Positions 39,797-49,407 of a stretch of DNA of 64,000 bases are shown piece by piece. The notes below the pieces were generated by a model. That model saw only the letters and a list, made by a program, of their open reading frames with translations, did not search any database and had not been told where the DNA came from. This stretch comes from an uncultured Fibrobacter sp. Lineage in GTDB: Bacteria; Fibrobacterota; Fibrobacteria; Fibrobacterales; Fibrobacteraceae. The stretch lies in assembly GCF_900316465.1 (NCBI RefSeq), contig NZ_ONDD01000001.1:51545-115544 (forward strand), in the 5' to 3' direction. How positions within the stretch are numbered: the first letter of the stretch is position 1; every line of letters begins with the position of its first letter. A program made the translations under genes and the position numbers.

Positions 39797-42700
39797 TTAG
39801 GCCTTAACAGTCGTAAACGAGAAAGCTTCGCCGTCGGCATCGTTGGCTTCGAGGCCATCGGCAGCGGCAGCCCACTTGATAGCGACAGCTTGGGTCTCGC
39901 CGGCGATGTAAGCTTCATTCTCCGCGACAGCCTGCTTGAAGACGTCACTTGCAGAGAACAGCGTCACTTCAATCTTGTCGGAGATAGCGTAGTTCTGGTC
40001 CTTACGGCGGTTCTGGATGCGGTTCACGAGTTCGCGGGCCACGCAGGCGCGGCGGAGTTCGTCCGTGATCTTCAGGTCCAGAGCCACGGTGAAGTGCTGG
40101 TTGGCTTCCACAGCCATGCCGTCGGCCACGATGCGGTTGAGCATGAGGCAGTCGGCACCGACTTCACCGAAGTCGAACTTGATGGTTTCGCCATTCTGCA
40201 GAGCCTTGATTTCGTCAACCGAGAGGCTGTTGAGCTTGGCGGAAATCACCTTCATGTTCTTCGCGTAATCCGGGCCCTTCGCCTTGATAGCGAGGAAGTT
40301 CGGCTTGGCGGAGAGCTGCACGAGCTTGGTTTCGTCTTCGAGGAACTTCATTTCGCGAACGTTGAGTTCTTCGAGGATCAAGTCCTTCATGGTATCGGCA
40401 ACGTCCTTTTCGACCTTACCGTGAGCAACCACCGTCATGCTGGCAATCGGCATACGGTTCTTTACGTTGTTCGTAGCACGAATCACGCGGCCCATTTCAA
40501 CCATGCCACGCACCATGGCGATGCGTTCCACGAGGGTTTCGTCCATGAGGGACTTGTCGGCGCTCGGGAATTCGCAGAGGTGCACGCTCACCGGGGCGTT
40601 GGCGTCCACTTCGCGCACGAGAATCTGGTAGATTTCTTCGGCGAGGAGCGGGAGGAACGGAGCGAGAATCTTGGAGAAGTCGACGAGCACCTTGTACATG
40701 GTAGCGTAGGCGGCGTTCTTGTCGCCATCGTTTTCGCTCTTCCAGAAACGGCGACGGCTGCGGCGCACGTACCAGTTCGTGAGGTCATCGACCGCGGCAA
40801 TCACGGCGGGCACCACGTTATACAGGCGGTAAGCCTTCATTTCAACTTCGACCTTGGCGGCCAAATCCTGCAAGGTTGCAAGCATCCAGCGGTCAAGTTC
40901 GTTGTCGCTCTTGACTTCCTGACCCGGCTTCCAGTTGAGTTGGCCCTTGGCGGCGTCGGCATTGTGGTTAGAAACAAAGAATGCCACAGCGTTCCAAAGC
41001 GGGAGCATCACCTGCTTCACGATGCCCTTCACGCCTTCTTCGCTGAAGCGGAGGTCTTCGGCCTTCAAAGCGGCGGAGTTGATCATGAACAAGCGGATGG
41101 CGTCGGCACCCGTGCGTTCGATAAGATCGTTCGGGTCCGGATAGTTGCGCTTGGACTTACTCATCTTGGAACCATCTTCGGCCAAGATAATACCGTTCAC
41201 AATCACGTTCTTGAATGCCGGCTTCTGGAACAAAGCGTTAGAAAGCACGGTCAACGTGTAGAACCAACCACGAGTCTGGTCGAGGCCTTCGGCAATGAAG
41301 TCAGCCGGGAAGCTGCGTTCAACGAGTTCCTTGTTTTCGAACGGGTAATGGCGGCTAGCATACGGCATAGAACCGGATTCAAACCAGCAGTCAAAAACTT
41401 CAGGCGTGCGGCGGTAGACCTTGCCGTTCTTTTCGATGGTGAGCTTGTCCACAAAGTGCTTGTGCAAGTCATCGAGCTTCACGCCAGTGAGTTGCTGGAG
41501 TTCTTCGATAGAACCCACGGCAATCATGTCGCCGTCGTCAGAGAGCCACACCGGAATCGGCGTACCCCAGAAACGGTTACGGGAAAGGTTCCAGTCGCGG
41601 GCGCCTTCGAGCCACTTGCCGAAGCGTCCGTTCTTGATGTGGTCCGGAACCCAGTTCACAGTCTGGTTGTTTTCGACCATCCATTCCTTCAAAGTTTTGG
41701 TCACGCCGTCCTTGCTTGTGACAGGAGCATCAATCTTCAAGAACCAAGTCTTGAGGGCGCGGTAAATCAGAGGAACGCCGGTACGCCAGCAGTGCGGGTA
41801 GCTATGCACAATCGTGTCCTGCTTGAACACGCGGCCCTGTTCCTTGAAGAAGCGGATAATTTCCTTGTCGGCTTCCTTAGCGCCAAGGCCCTTCCACATC
41901 GGGACCTTGTCCGTAAACTTGCCTTCGGTATCGAGCGGGTCGAAAAGGCCGAGGTCGAGTTCTGCGCCCTTCTGGAAGTCTTCTTCACCGAAGGAGGGAG
42001 CGGTATGCACGGCGCCAGTACCATCTTCGGTACTCACGTAGTCGGCGGGGTAAATCTTGTAGTGGCGGGACAGCTGGTCCGGCGTCACGAATTCGTCGGA
42101 GATACGGGAAAGCGGTTCGTAGTCCTTGCCCACGAGTTCAGAGCCCTTGCAGGTATCGACGATGTTCGGGTTCTTGAAATAGGCGGCGGTACGGCTTGCA
42201 GCAATCCAGTACTTCTTGCCATCCTGTTCCACAAGGTTGTAGTCCATGTCCGGGCCCACAACAATGCAGAAGTTAGAATAAAGTGTCCACGGGGTCGTCG
42301 TCCACACGAGGATGCTCGTGTCCTTGAACTTGGCTTCATCCGTGTTGAGCGGGAAGATGAGGGTCAGAGACGGGTCCTGACGGTCCTTATAACCCTGGTT
42401 CGTCTCGAAGTTCGAAAGCGGAGTAGCGAGAGCCGGGCTGTACGGCTGGATGCGGTAGCCCTGGTAGATGAGGCCCTTGTCAAAGCACTGCTTGAACACC
42501 CACCACACAGATTCCATGAAGTTCTTGTCCATGGTCTTGTAGCCCTTGTCGAAGTCGACCCAGCGGCCCATGCGGCGAACGGTCTTCTTCCATTCGCTCG
42601 TGTACTTGAGCACCTTGCCGCGGCAAGTTTCGTTGAACTTGTCGACGCCGAGCTTCTGGATTTCAGCAACGCCAGCGAGACCGAGTTCGTTCTGCACGAG

Positions 42701-42982
42701 AGATTCAATCGGAAGGCCGTGGCAGTCCCAACCGAAACCGCGCGGAACCTTCTTGCCCTTCATGGTCCAGTAACGCGGAACGATGTCCTTGATGGTACCG
42801 GCAAGCAAGTGACCGTAGTGAGGAAGGCCCGTTGCAAACGGAGGGCCATCGTAGAAAGTGTACGGTTCAGTTTCCGGACGGGAGTCCAGCGACTTCTTGA
42901 ACGATTCATCCTTATCCCACAAGCCGAGCACACGCTCTTCTATTTGTGGAAACGACTCTTCTTTCTTTACTTCACGAAACAT
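39797..42982 (-). CDS. ileS: Isoleucine--tRNA ligase, type 2 (eukaryote/archaea-like)
   Basis: YDGPPFATGLPHYGH, GWDCHGLP, WNLSRNRFWGTPIP, EGLDQTRGWF, KMSKS; long C-terminus without the type 1 zinc finger. Confidence 0.98.
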   Translation of the reverse strand: MFREVKKEESFPQIEERVLGLWDKDESFKKSLDSRPETEPYTFYDGPPFATGLPHYGHLLAGTIKDIVPRYWTMKGKKVPRGFGWDCHGLPIESLVQNELGLAGVAEIQKLGVDKFNETCRGKVLKYTSEWKKTVRRMGRWVDFDKGYKTMDKNFMESVWWVFKQCFDKGLIYQGYRIQPYSPALATPLSNFETNQGYKDRQDPSLTLIFPLNTDEAKFKDTSILVWTTTPWTLYSNFCIVVGPDMDYNLVEQDGKKYWIAASRTAAYFKNPNIVDTCKGSELVGKDYEPLSRISDEFVTPDQLSRHYKIYPADYVSTEDGTGAVHTAPSFGEEDFQKGAELDLGLFDPLDTEGKFTDKVPMWKGLGAKEADKEIIRFFKEQGRVFKQDTIVHSYPHCWRTGVPLIYRALKTWFLKIDAPVTSKDGVTKTLKEWMVENNQTVNWVPDHIKNGRFGKWLEGARDWNLSRNRFWGTPIPVWLSDDGDMIAVGSIEELQQLTGVKLDDLHKHFVDKLTIEKNGKVYRRTPEVFDCWFESGSMPYASRHYPFENKELVERSFPADFIAEGLDQTRGWFYTLTVLSNALFQKPAFKNVIVNGIILAEDGSKMSKSKRNYPDPNDLIERTGADAIRLFMINSAALKAEDLRFSEEGVKGIVKQVMLPLWNAVAFFVSNHNADAAKGQLNWKPGQEVKSDNELDRWMLATLQDLAAKVEVEMKAYRLYNVVPAVIAAVDDLTNWYVRRSRRRFWKSENDGDKNAAYATMYKVLVDFSKILAPFLPLLAEEIYQILVREVDANAPVSVHLCEFPSADKSLMDETLVERIAMVRGMVEMGRVIRATNNVKNRMPIASMTVVAHGKVEKDVADTMKDLILEELNVREMKFLEDETKLVQLSAKPNFLAIKAKGPDYAKNMKVISAKLNSLSVDEIKALQNGETIKFDFGEVGADCLMLNRIVADGMAVEANQHFTVALDLKITDELRRACVARELVNRIQNRRKDQNYAISDKIEVTLFSASDVFKQAVAENEAYIAGETQAVAIKWAAAADGLEANDADGEAFSFTTVKA

Positions 42983-43140
42983 GGGTTACCTCAAACCCCG
43001 CGGCACCGCGCCACGGGCATTAAATTTTCGGGCGTAAAGATAGAAATTTTCAAAGTCAACCTTATTCAAAGCGCACGTTTTCGGGCCGAAAACGCGGGTG
43101 TCATACACTGTTCAACAGCATTTTAGCTCCATCCAACCAG

Positions 43141-43163
43141 TTTGGAATATTCCAAATTGGAAT
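43141..43163. promoter_or_regulatory. Palindromic operator candidate upstream of the sugar porter
   Basis: Perfect 16-bp palindrome TTTGGAATATTCCAAA overlapped by ATTCCAA-a-TTGGAAT. Confidence 0.55.
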
Positions 43164-43255
43164 AAAAAATTCCTTTTATTTTGGTTATTTGATATGGCAT
43201 TTTTTAGAACAAACAAATATATTGATTATCAATAACCAACCAAAACGGTAATGTT

Positions 43256-44647
43256 ATGACAAATACAAATTCAAACCTCAGGCACATTGTGCTGATTACC
43301 CTATCTGCCGCAATCGGCGGATTCCTTTTCGGTTTCGACTCGTCCGTGATTAACGGCGCGAACGGAGCCTTGAAAGCCCACTTTCACGCAACGGATTATC
43401 AGCTAGCCTGGTCCGTTTCACTCGCACTGATTGGTGCTGCCATCGGTGCATTTTTTGCAGGTAAAGTCGCCGATGCATTCGGCCGTGTGCGTTGCATGCT
43501 CTTTGCCTCGGACTTGTTCCTGCTTAGCGCCATCGGGTCTGGCATTCCCTTCGGCATTCCTGACTTTATCCTGTGGCGTGTGATTGGCGGCCTCGGCATT
43601 GGTATGGCAAGTATCATCGCCCCGATTTACATTGCAGAAACAGCCCCCGCCCATTTGCGCGGACGCTTGGGCTCGATGCAGCAAATGGCCATCGTGATAG
43701 GTATTTTCGTGGCCCTGCTTTCAAACTACTTGATAGTGCGCATCGCAGGGTCTGCAAACGCCCCCATGATCGGCAATATCAAGGCTTGGCAGGTGATGTT
43801 CTGGGTCGAAATCATTCCGGCCGTGCTTTATGGCTACGCCGCCTGGAAACTTCCTGAATCGCCGCGTTACCTGGTTCACAAGGGTTACTTGGAACAAGCC
43901 AAGAAAGTGCTCGCCCAGATTAACCCTGAAGGCGTCGACAAGGAAGTCGAAACCATCCAGTCCAGCTTCAAGACCAAAAAATCTGCCAAGTTCATCGACT
44001 TGCTTGAAATTATTGACGGCAAGGAACGCATTTCCCCGATTCTGTGGGCAGGCCTCGGCCTTGCCATTTTGCAGCAGCTCGTGGGTATTAACGTGATTTT
44101 CTACTACGGCACCATGCTTTGGCAGAGTGTCGGGTTTGGCGAAAGCGATGCATTCCTCACCAGCGTGATTTCGAGTGGCGTGAACTTGGTCATGACTGTA
44201 GTCGCTATCATGCTTATCGATAAGATTGGCCGTAAGCCGCTCCTGTTGATTGGTAGTATCGGCATGGCCGTTACCTTGGGCACACTCGGTCTTTGCTTCA
44301 TGAACCTCCAACCCGACGGAACCTTGCCAGGTGCCGCTCCGGTTATCGCCTTGATCGCCGCCAACCTCTACATTACCTTCTTTGCGGCAACGTGGGGACC
44401 GGTTATGTGGGTGATGCTCGGTGAAATGTTCAACAACCGCATTCGTACCGTCGCTATCGCTATTTGCGGTCTGGCACAGTGGTTTGCAAACTTTGTTGTC
44501 ACTTGGACGTTCCCGGTGCTTACTGGCGAAGACGGCGTTGGCGTTGGACCGACCTACATGATCTACACCTTCTTCGCTGCGTTCAGTATCTTCTTTGTGG
44601 CAAAGTTCATTAAAGAAACCAAGGGTAAAGAACTCGAAGAAATGTAG
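43256..44647 (+). CDS. MFS sugar porter (GlcP/XylE/GalP-like)
   Basis: GGFLFGFDSSVING, DAFGR, YIAETAPAHLRG, PESPRYL, QQLVGINVIFYY, DKIGRKPLL, ETKGKELEEM. Confidence 0.95.
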   Translation: MTNTNSNLRHIVLITLSAAIGGFLFGFDSSVINGANGALKAHFHATDYQLAWSVSLALIGAAIGAFFAGKVADAFGRVRCMLFASDLFLLSAIGSGIPFGIPDFILWRVIGGLGIGMASIIAPIYIAETAPAHLRGRLGSMQQMAIVIGIFVALLSNYLIVRIAGSANAPMIGNIKAWQVMFWVEIIPAVLYGYAAWKLPESPRYLVHKGYLEQAKKVLAQINPEGVDKEVETIQSSFKTKKSAKFIDLLEIIDGKERISPILWAGLGLAILQQLVGINVIFYYGTMLWQSVGFGESDAFLTSVISSGVNLVMTVVAIMLIDKIGRKPLLLIGSIGMAVTLGTLGLCFMNLQPDGTLPGAAPVIALIAANLYITFFAATWGPVMWVMLGEMFNNRIRTVAIAICGLAQWFANFVVTWTFPVLTGEDGVGVGPTYMIYTFFAAFSIFFVAKFIKETKGKELEEM

Positions 44648-44719
44648 CCCACGGCTACAAAAAAAAGTAGCCTTCGGGCTACTACGAACGATAAACAATT
44701 TACTCCTTCACACACAAAC

Positions 44720-44753
44720 AAGAAGACCTCCGATTGAATCGGAGGTCTTCTTT
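44720..44753. terminator. Bidirectional terminator
   Basis: AAGAAGACCTCCGATT-g-AATCGGAGGTCTTCTT between convergent genes. Confidence 0.8.
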
Positions 44754-44775
44754 AATTGCTTAGTTCAAGCTAGGA

Positions 44776-46896
44776 TTACTTGACGTTCACCTTGGAGAGC
44801 TTGCCGTTCACGCGAACCAGGTAGATACCCTTGCTCGGGACCGTGACAGAAGCCTTGCCAGAAACAATCTTCTTGCCCTGGAGGGAGAACACTGCGATAT
44901 CCTGAGTGCCGGCAGAGATGGTCATGCCAGAGACAGAGATCTTTGCAGCGGCCGGAGCAGCGGCAGCCTTGATAGCGATCGGCTGATCCTTGATCGTGAT
45001 GCCGGTAATCTTGACCGGATCAACGACGTTGCCACTTGCATCGAGGAATTCAACAGACTTGATGGAAAGTTCACCGATACCACCCTTGGCATCCTTAACT
45101 TCCCACTTGAGGCCGGTAACAGCGGTAATGATTTCGCTGCCTTCCGGAGCTTCGTTCGGGTCAACCCAATCCAAGATACCACCAGCAAACTTGGCGTCCG
45201 GATCAGTAAAGCCCTTGAAGCCATAATCTTCCGGGGTCAGATCAAAGGTAGAAGCCTTATAATCGTCGCTATTCTTAATAAATGTACCCGGTTCAGCACC
45301 AGCCTGAGCAGTCTTTTCGTTGAGGATAGCCATACGGATCGGGCCAGAGCACTTCATCGTTACGCGAACAGCCTTAATGCCGAGGGTATTGAAGTTCACA
45401 CCCTTCTTGTCGTTAGAGAGGAAGGACATGGCGATACCGGCAGACGGATACTTGAGAGTGCCTGCAGCGGCAGCTTCAGCAGACCAGTCCGGTTCCGGAC
45501 CAATTTCCATAGAAGCTTCGGCGTAGATAGAACCGTCATCCTTGCGGTAGAGCGGAGAAGAACCAGAATCCGGAACCATCTTGGTACCGATATTGAGCTT
45601 GTCATGGTATGCGCCCCAGTTCCAGAAGCCAGAGAGACCCACAGTAGAATCCTTAATAGCCTGCTGTACACCGCCAATTTCGTTCACAGACGGAGCCTTG
45701 GACGGATCCGGAGTGAAAGCAGTGAAACCAGTCAGATTATAGAGGTTCGGCATGTTACCGGTCATGAGGAGGAGGTAAAGGAGGTTCAAAGTAGCCGGAT
45801 AGTACTTTTCACCGGTAACGCCTTCACCGCAACCCTGAGCAGTTTCGCAGCTCGTGAGGGTAGAAAGAGCCTTATAGACCGTACCGAGATAAGCCTTAGC
45901 ATCAGCAGCATCAACAGAAGACGTTGCAAGGCCGAGACCACCAGAGAAGGTAGAAGAAACAAAACGACGCTTGGTAGAGAGTTCCGGAGTACCATCAACA
46001 TAATAACCGGAGTTCACGCCACTAGCGGTGTGAGTGGTCGGGATGAGCCAATCAGAAACCTTCTTGTTGAAGGCCTTTGCATCGGAGTTACCGTACCAGT
46101 AGAAAGCCCAAGCCATGCGCCACGGAGTACGGGCTGCGTCATCAAAGAAGCCTGCATCTTCGGTCTGGGCCACAGAAGCAGAAGTCTTGGTCGGCTTATG
46201 AGAGTTCCAGTCGCACCAGTCCGGGACGAGACCCGTAGAGGAGTTCTGGCAAGCCTTCAGGTCAGAAGCGGTGGTAGAGAGCACGTTTGCCCACGGACCA
46301 GAAGCGTCAACAGACTTGAAGAGTTCAAAGTTAGCGAGCGTACCGTAGCTCGGGTTAAAAGCATCGTTCCACTGGTTACCCGGCTTAACGTGGCCACCGT
46401 TAATATCGTTGGAGCCAATCCAAGAGATAATCTTCTTGGCGTCGCTCAAGTAGGAATCCTTGTTCCACTGCTTGGAAGCCATCACAAGAGCGAGAGCAGC
46501 GTCAACGTCTGCGTCAGTTGCAGAACCGGAACCGCCACCGTCACCAATGCGCCAGTTCATACCACCGCCGTTACCGCCGTTGGACGTCCAAACGCCATAA
46601 ACCTTATCGAACATGGTCTGATCGTCCATATAGACGGCGATCAACATACCGTAAGCGATAGCTTCAGAAACGGTAGAACCGGTTCCTTCCGGTGCATAAA
46701 TCCAACCATTGTTGGAGTTGTACCAAGCCTTTTTCCACTTCTGGTAGTGGGACTTGATCATGTCCGTATTGGCATATTCAATGGTCGTGCCGTTCGGATG
46801 CTTCATGTTCTGCGGGAAGGGGTATTGACCCGCAAAGGAGGAGGTTGCCGCCGTGAGAGCGAGCGCACCAATCGCTACTTTGAAAATGTTCTTCAT
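44776..46896 (-). CDS. Glycoside hydrolase family 8 (endoglucanase-like) with a second domain and T9SS-type tail
   Basis: Signal peptide; TVSEAIAYGML (catalytic Glu), SATDADVDAALAL, NPSY, GLVPDW, DAARTPWR; tail KGIYLVRVNGKLSKVNVK. Confidence 0.92.
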   Translation of the reverse strand: MKNIFKVAIGALALTAATSSFAGQYPFPQNMKHPNGTTIEYANTDMIKSHYQKWKKAWYNSNNGWIYAPEGTGSTVSEAIAYGMLIAVYMDDQTMFDKVYGVWTSNGGNGGGMNWRIGDGGGSGSATDADVDAALALVMASKQWNKDSYLSDAKKIISWIGSNDINGGHVKPGNQWNDAFNPSYGTLANFELFKSVDASGPWANVLSTTASDLKACQNSSTGLVPDWCDWNSHKPTKTSASVAQTEDAGFFDDAARTPWRMAWAFYWYGNSDAKAFNKKVSDWLIPTTHTASGVNSGYYVDGTPELSTKRRFVSSTFSGGLGLATSSVDAADAKAYLGTVYKALSTLTSCETAQGCGEGVTGEKYYPATLNLLYLLLMTGNMPNLYNLTGFTAFTPDPSKAPSVNEIGGVQQAIKDSTVGLSGFWNWGAYHDKLNIGTKMVPDSGSSPLYRKDDGSIYAEASMEIGPEPDWSAEAAAAGTLKYPSAGIAMSFLSNDKKGVNFNTLGIKAVRVTMKCSGPIRMAILNEKTAQAGAEPGTFIKNSDDYKASTFDLTPEDYGFKGFTDPDAKFAGGILDWVDPNEAPEGSEIITAVTGLKWEVKDAKGGIGELSIKSVEFLDASGNVVDPVKITGITIKDQPIAIKAAAAPAAAKISVSGMTISAGTQDIAVFSLQGKKIVSGKASVTVPSKGIYLVRVNGKLSKVNVK

Positions 46897-47120
46897 AATT
46901 ATTCCTTATTGATGACTTTTACACCCACTCGTAAATATAAAATAGAGACCATTTTACGGGAAGGTTTTATTTGTAATAATTCAGTTGCAAAAGTGGCGTT
47001 TTTTTGTAAATTTATAGGAAATCGGTGATTTAATTCACACCCCGATTTGCAGTTTTCGTTCGCAAAACGTTCTCAAAAAATTTTCGGGATTTCATATCCC
47101 GGAGCAATGTTAACAACTAG

Positions 47121-48290
47121 TTACTTTGCGGAATTCTCTTGCAGCTTGGCTTTTGCCTTTTTGCGGCGCCAAACTTTGAACTCGCTGTACAGCGTACTTA
47201 CCGTATAAATGAATATCAAGAGCAGGATTGTATTCTTGGGTTGGTTCAAGTTACAAATGCCCCAGGCAATCGTGATGATGGGCAAATGAATGAGATACGG
47301 GTAGAACGATGCCCGGCCAATTTTACGGACAATTCCAATGCAGAAAAACTTCGCCACAAAACCCTTGCCGGTCAAAAGCGAGACCAAGAAAAGGCCGTAC
47401 AGCAAAATCGGAAGGGAATGGTGGAAGAAATAGTTGAAGCCGGGATTCAGTTCCGGACGCATTAAGAAAAGACTGCCGTAAATGGCTGCAAGCATGATGA
47501 ACTGCGCAATGCCGCTAGCAAAGTTACGCTTGAGGAAATCGAAGTGGCCTTCTTTAAAGAGTCTAAAGAGAACCATGCCGAACAGGTATTCAAAAATGCG
47601 GACGGGCGCAAAAATGTGGAAGAAACGGTACTTGGCGTCGTAACTGTCGAACCAGAGGTTGTCAGAAAGGCCGAAGAAGGTTGCCCAGAGAATGCCAGGA
47701 ATAAAGAGTGTTCCGAAAAGCACCCAAAGAGTGCGGTCGCTTTGTTTAAAGAGCCAGCGGCTAAACCAAGGTGTTACAGCGTAGCAGACAAAGAAACTGG
47801 TGAGAGACCAAGAGGGTTCATTCAATTTCATGCCCAAATCGGGCACAATGGACCAAGTAAGGGTAATGTGCAAAAGGAGGCTTCGCCATGGGTGGGTCAT
47901 TTTAGCAAGGCCTGCAGCAAAGCAATCGCCAATTTCAGAGAGCCCGGGCAGGTGCGTATAACCGCTGAACTTGAAGACGAGCACGACAAACATGAGAAGC
48001 GTCATGAAGAAGTGCAGGCGGTAAAGCTTGGAGATGCGGGCAAACATGAAGGGGATAACGGGGATTTGGCGTTCCGGATCGCTAAACTTGCTTGCGAACA
48101 AGAAGCCTGCAAGCACGTAGAAGATGCCGGCAGCAAAGGCGGGCGCATTCACGATGGGCATGATCCACTTGTAATCGGACATGTAATTGAGGGCAGAGGA
48201 GGAGCCCAAGTGAAGCATCACGATGTTAATGCTAGCGAGGAGTCGAAGGCCATCAAGAGCCGGGAAGTAATTCGGTTTTGCTTTTTCCAT
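47121..48290 (-). CDS. Acyltransferase family 3 (OafA/YrhL-like) membrane protein
   Basis: YFPALDGLR, FYVLAGFL, RISKLY, NEPSWSL, GRASFYPYLIHLP. True start MEKAKP at 48290. Confidence 0.88.
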   Translation of the reverse strand: MEKAKPNYFPALDGLRLLASINIVMLHLGSSSALNYMSDYKWIMPIVNAPAFAAGIFYVLAGFLFASKFSDPERQIPVIPFMFARISKLYRLHFFMTLLMFVVLVFKFSGYTHLPGLSEIGDCFAAGLAKMTHPWRSLLLHITLTWSIVPDLGMKLNEPSWSLTSFFVCYAVTPWFSRWLFKQSDRTLWVLFGTLFIPGILWATFFGLSDNLWFDSYDAKYRFFHIFAPVRIFEYLFGMVLFRLFKEGHFDFLKRNFASGIAQFIMLAAIYGSLFLMRPELNPGFNYFFHHSLPILLYGLFLVSLLTGKGFVAKFFCIGIVRKIGRASFYPYLIHLPIITIAWGICNLNQPKNTILLLIFIYTVSTLYSEFKVWRRKKAKAKLQENSAK

Positions 48291-48333
48291 AAAAAATCTT
48301 TTTAAAGCCACACGGGTTCGTGTGACACTCTTT

Positions 48334-49407
48334 TCATTTTTCAAGGTCCTTTTGCATTTTGCTTTGTTGGCGGATGCGGGCAAGGGCTTTGGAGCGGCGG
48401 CGGGCGGTTTCTTGAAGGTCAATGGCTTCGTCGTATTCATCAACGATTTCGCGACCGAGGATTTCTTCGAGGACATCTTCGAGGCTGACGATGCCGGCAA
48501 TGGCGCCCCATTCATCGACAACGCCCACGATATGTCCGCGCTGCTTTAAGAAACGGAGCAAAAGCTTGTCTAGCGTAAGGCTATCGGGTATGAGCTGCAG
48601 CGGGCGCATCATCTGGCGGAGTTTGACATCGCGCAAGCCCTCGGCAAGCTTGTTGTAGGCATCGCGGCGGAGCACAATCCCAATCCAATTGTCTTTTTCT
48701 TTTTCGTAAAGCGGTACGCGAGAAAACGGCCAGTTTCCGCGTTCATCGAGAGTTTCGCCGATAGAAGAATCCGCCTGAAGCGAAAACACCACCTGACGCG
48801 GCGTCATGACTTTACGCACCGGCACAGACTTCAAGGCAAGAATATTCTTGATGACCAGAGACTGTTGGCGGTCAATGACATCTTCGCGGAGCCCGAGACT
48901 TACCAAGCTGTTGATGTCATCGATACTCACGTCCTTCTTGTCTTCTTTTTCGCGCGTCCAGTGCTTGGTCAGCGTGAGACAAAGCCAGATAATACCTGTC
49001 CACGAAAGGACAATCGTGATGTAATAGAAAGGCACCGCGACCAAGGGGGCCGCAATTTTTGCCTGCTTGACGCCAAGCGTTTTCGGCGTGATTTCGCCAA
49101 ACAAAAGAATGAGCACGGTAAGAATAATCGGGAGCGACACCTGCCCGAGCGGCGGCAAATTTTTAACAGCCAGCGCCGTAGCAAGCGATGCGCCTACCGT
49201 ATTTGCAATCGTATTCACCACCAGCACCGAGGCGATGTAGCGGTCAATATTTTCCTTGACATGCACAATGTAGCGGGCAGTAAACTTTTTCTGTTTTTGC
49301 AACTGCTCGATGGTTGCAGGCGGCATGCTATAAAACGACGCTTCTGTCACCGAACAGAACGCCGAGATGGCCAAGCAACCTAAAACCGTAAGGACGATAT
49401 AAAACAT
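48334..49407 (-). CDS. CNNM (DUF21) + CBS domain protein (CorB/TlyC family)
   Basis: SAFCSVTEAS, NTIAN, LFGEITPKTL, VMTPR, FSRVPLY, VVDEWGAIAGIVSLEDVLEEILG. Confidence 0.92.
   Translation of the reverse strand: MFYIVLTVLGCLAISAFCSVTEASFYSMPPATIEQLQKQKKFTARYIVHVKENIDRYIASVLVVNTIANTVGASLATALAVKNLPPLGQVSLPIILTVLILLFGEITPKTLGVKQAKIAAPLVAVPFYYITIVLSWTGIIWLCLTLTKHWTREKEDKKDVSIDDINSLVSLGLREDVIDRQQSLVIKNILALKSVPVRKVMTPRQVVFSLQADSSIGETLDERGNWPFSRVPLYEKEKDNWIGIVLRRDAYNKLAEGLRDVKLRQMMRPLQLIPDSLTLDKLLLRFLKQRGHIVGVVDEWGAIAGIVSLEDVLEEILGREIVDEYDEAIDLQETARRRSKALARIRQQSKMQKDLEK

Noticed and set aside
39890..43126. 1078-aa ORF antisense to ileS
   Set aside because: Shadow ORF expected from biased codon usage on the coding strand; no motifs and unnatural composition.
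42983..43140. T-box leader for ileS
   Set aside because: No T-box consensus or terminator/antiterminator; a promoter-like element lies close to the start.
45604..47028. 474-aa plus-strand ORF
   Set aside because: Antisense shadow of the GH8 gene.
48291..48521. N-terminal extension of the acyltransferase in the ORF track
   Set aside because: It overlaps the CNNM gene in another frame; family similarity starts at MEKAKP (48290).
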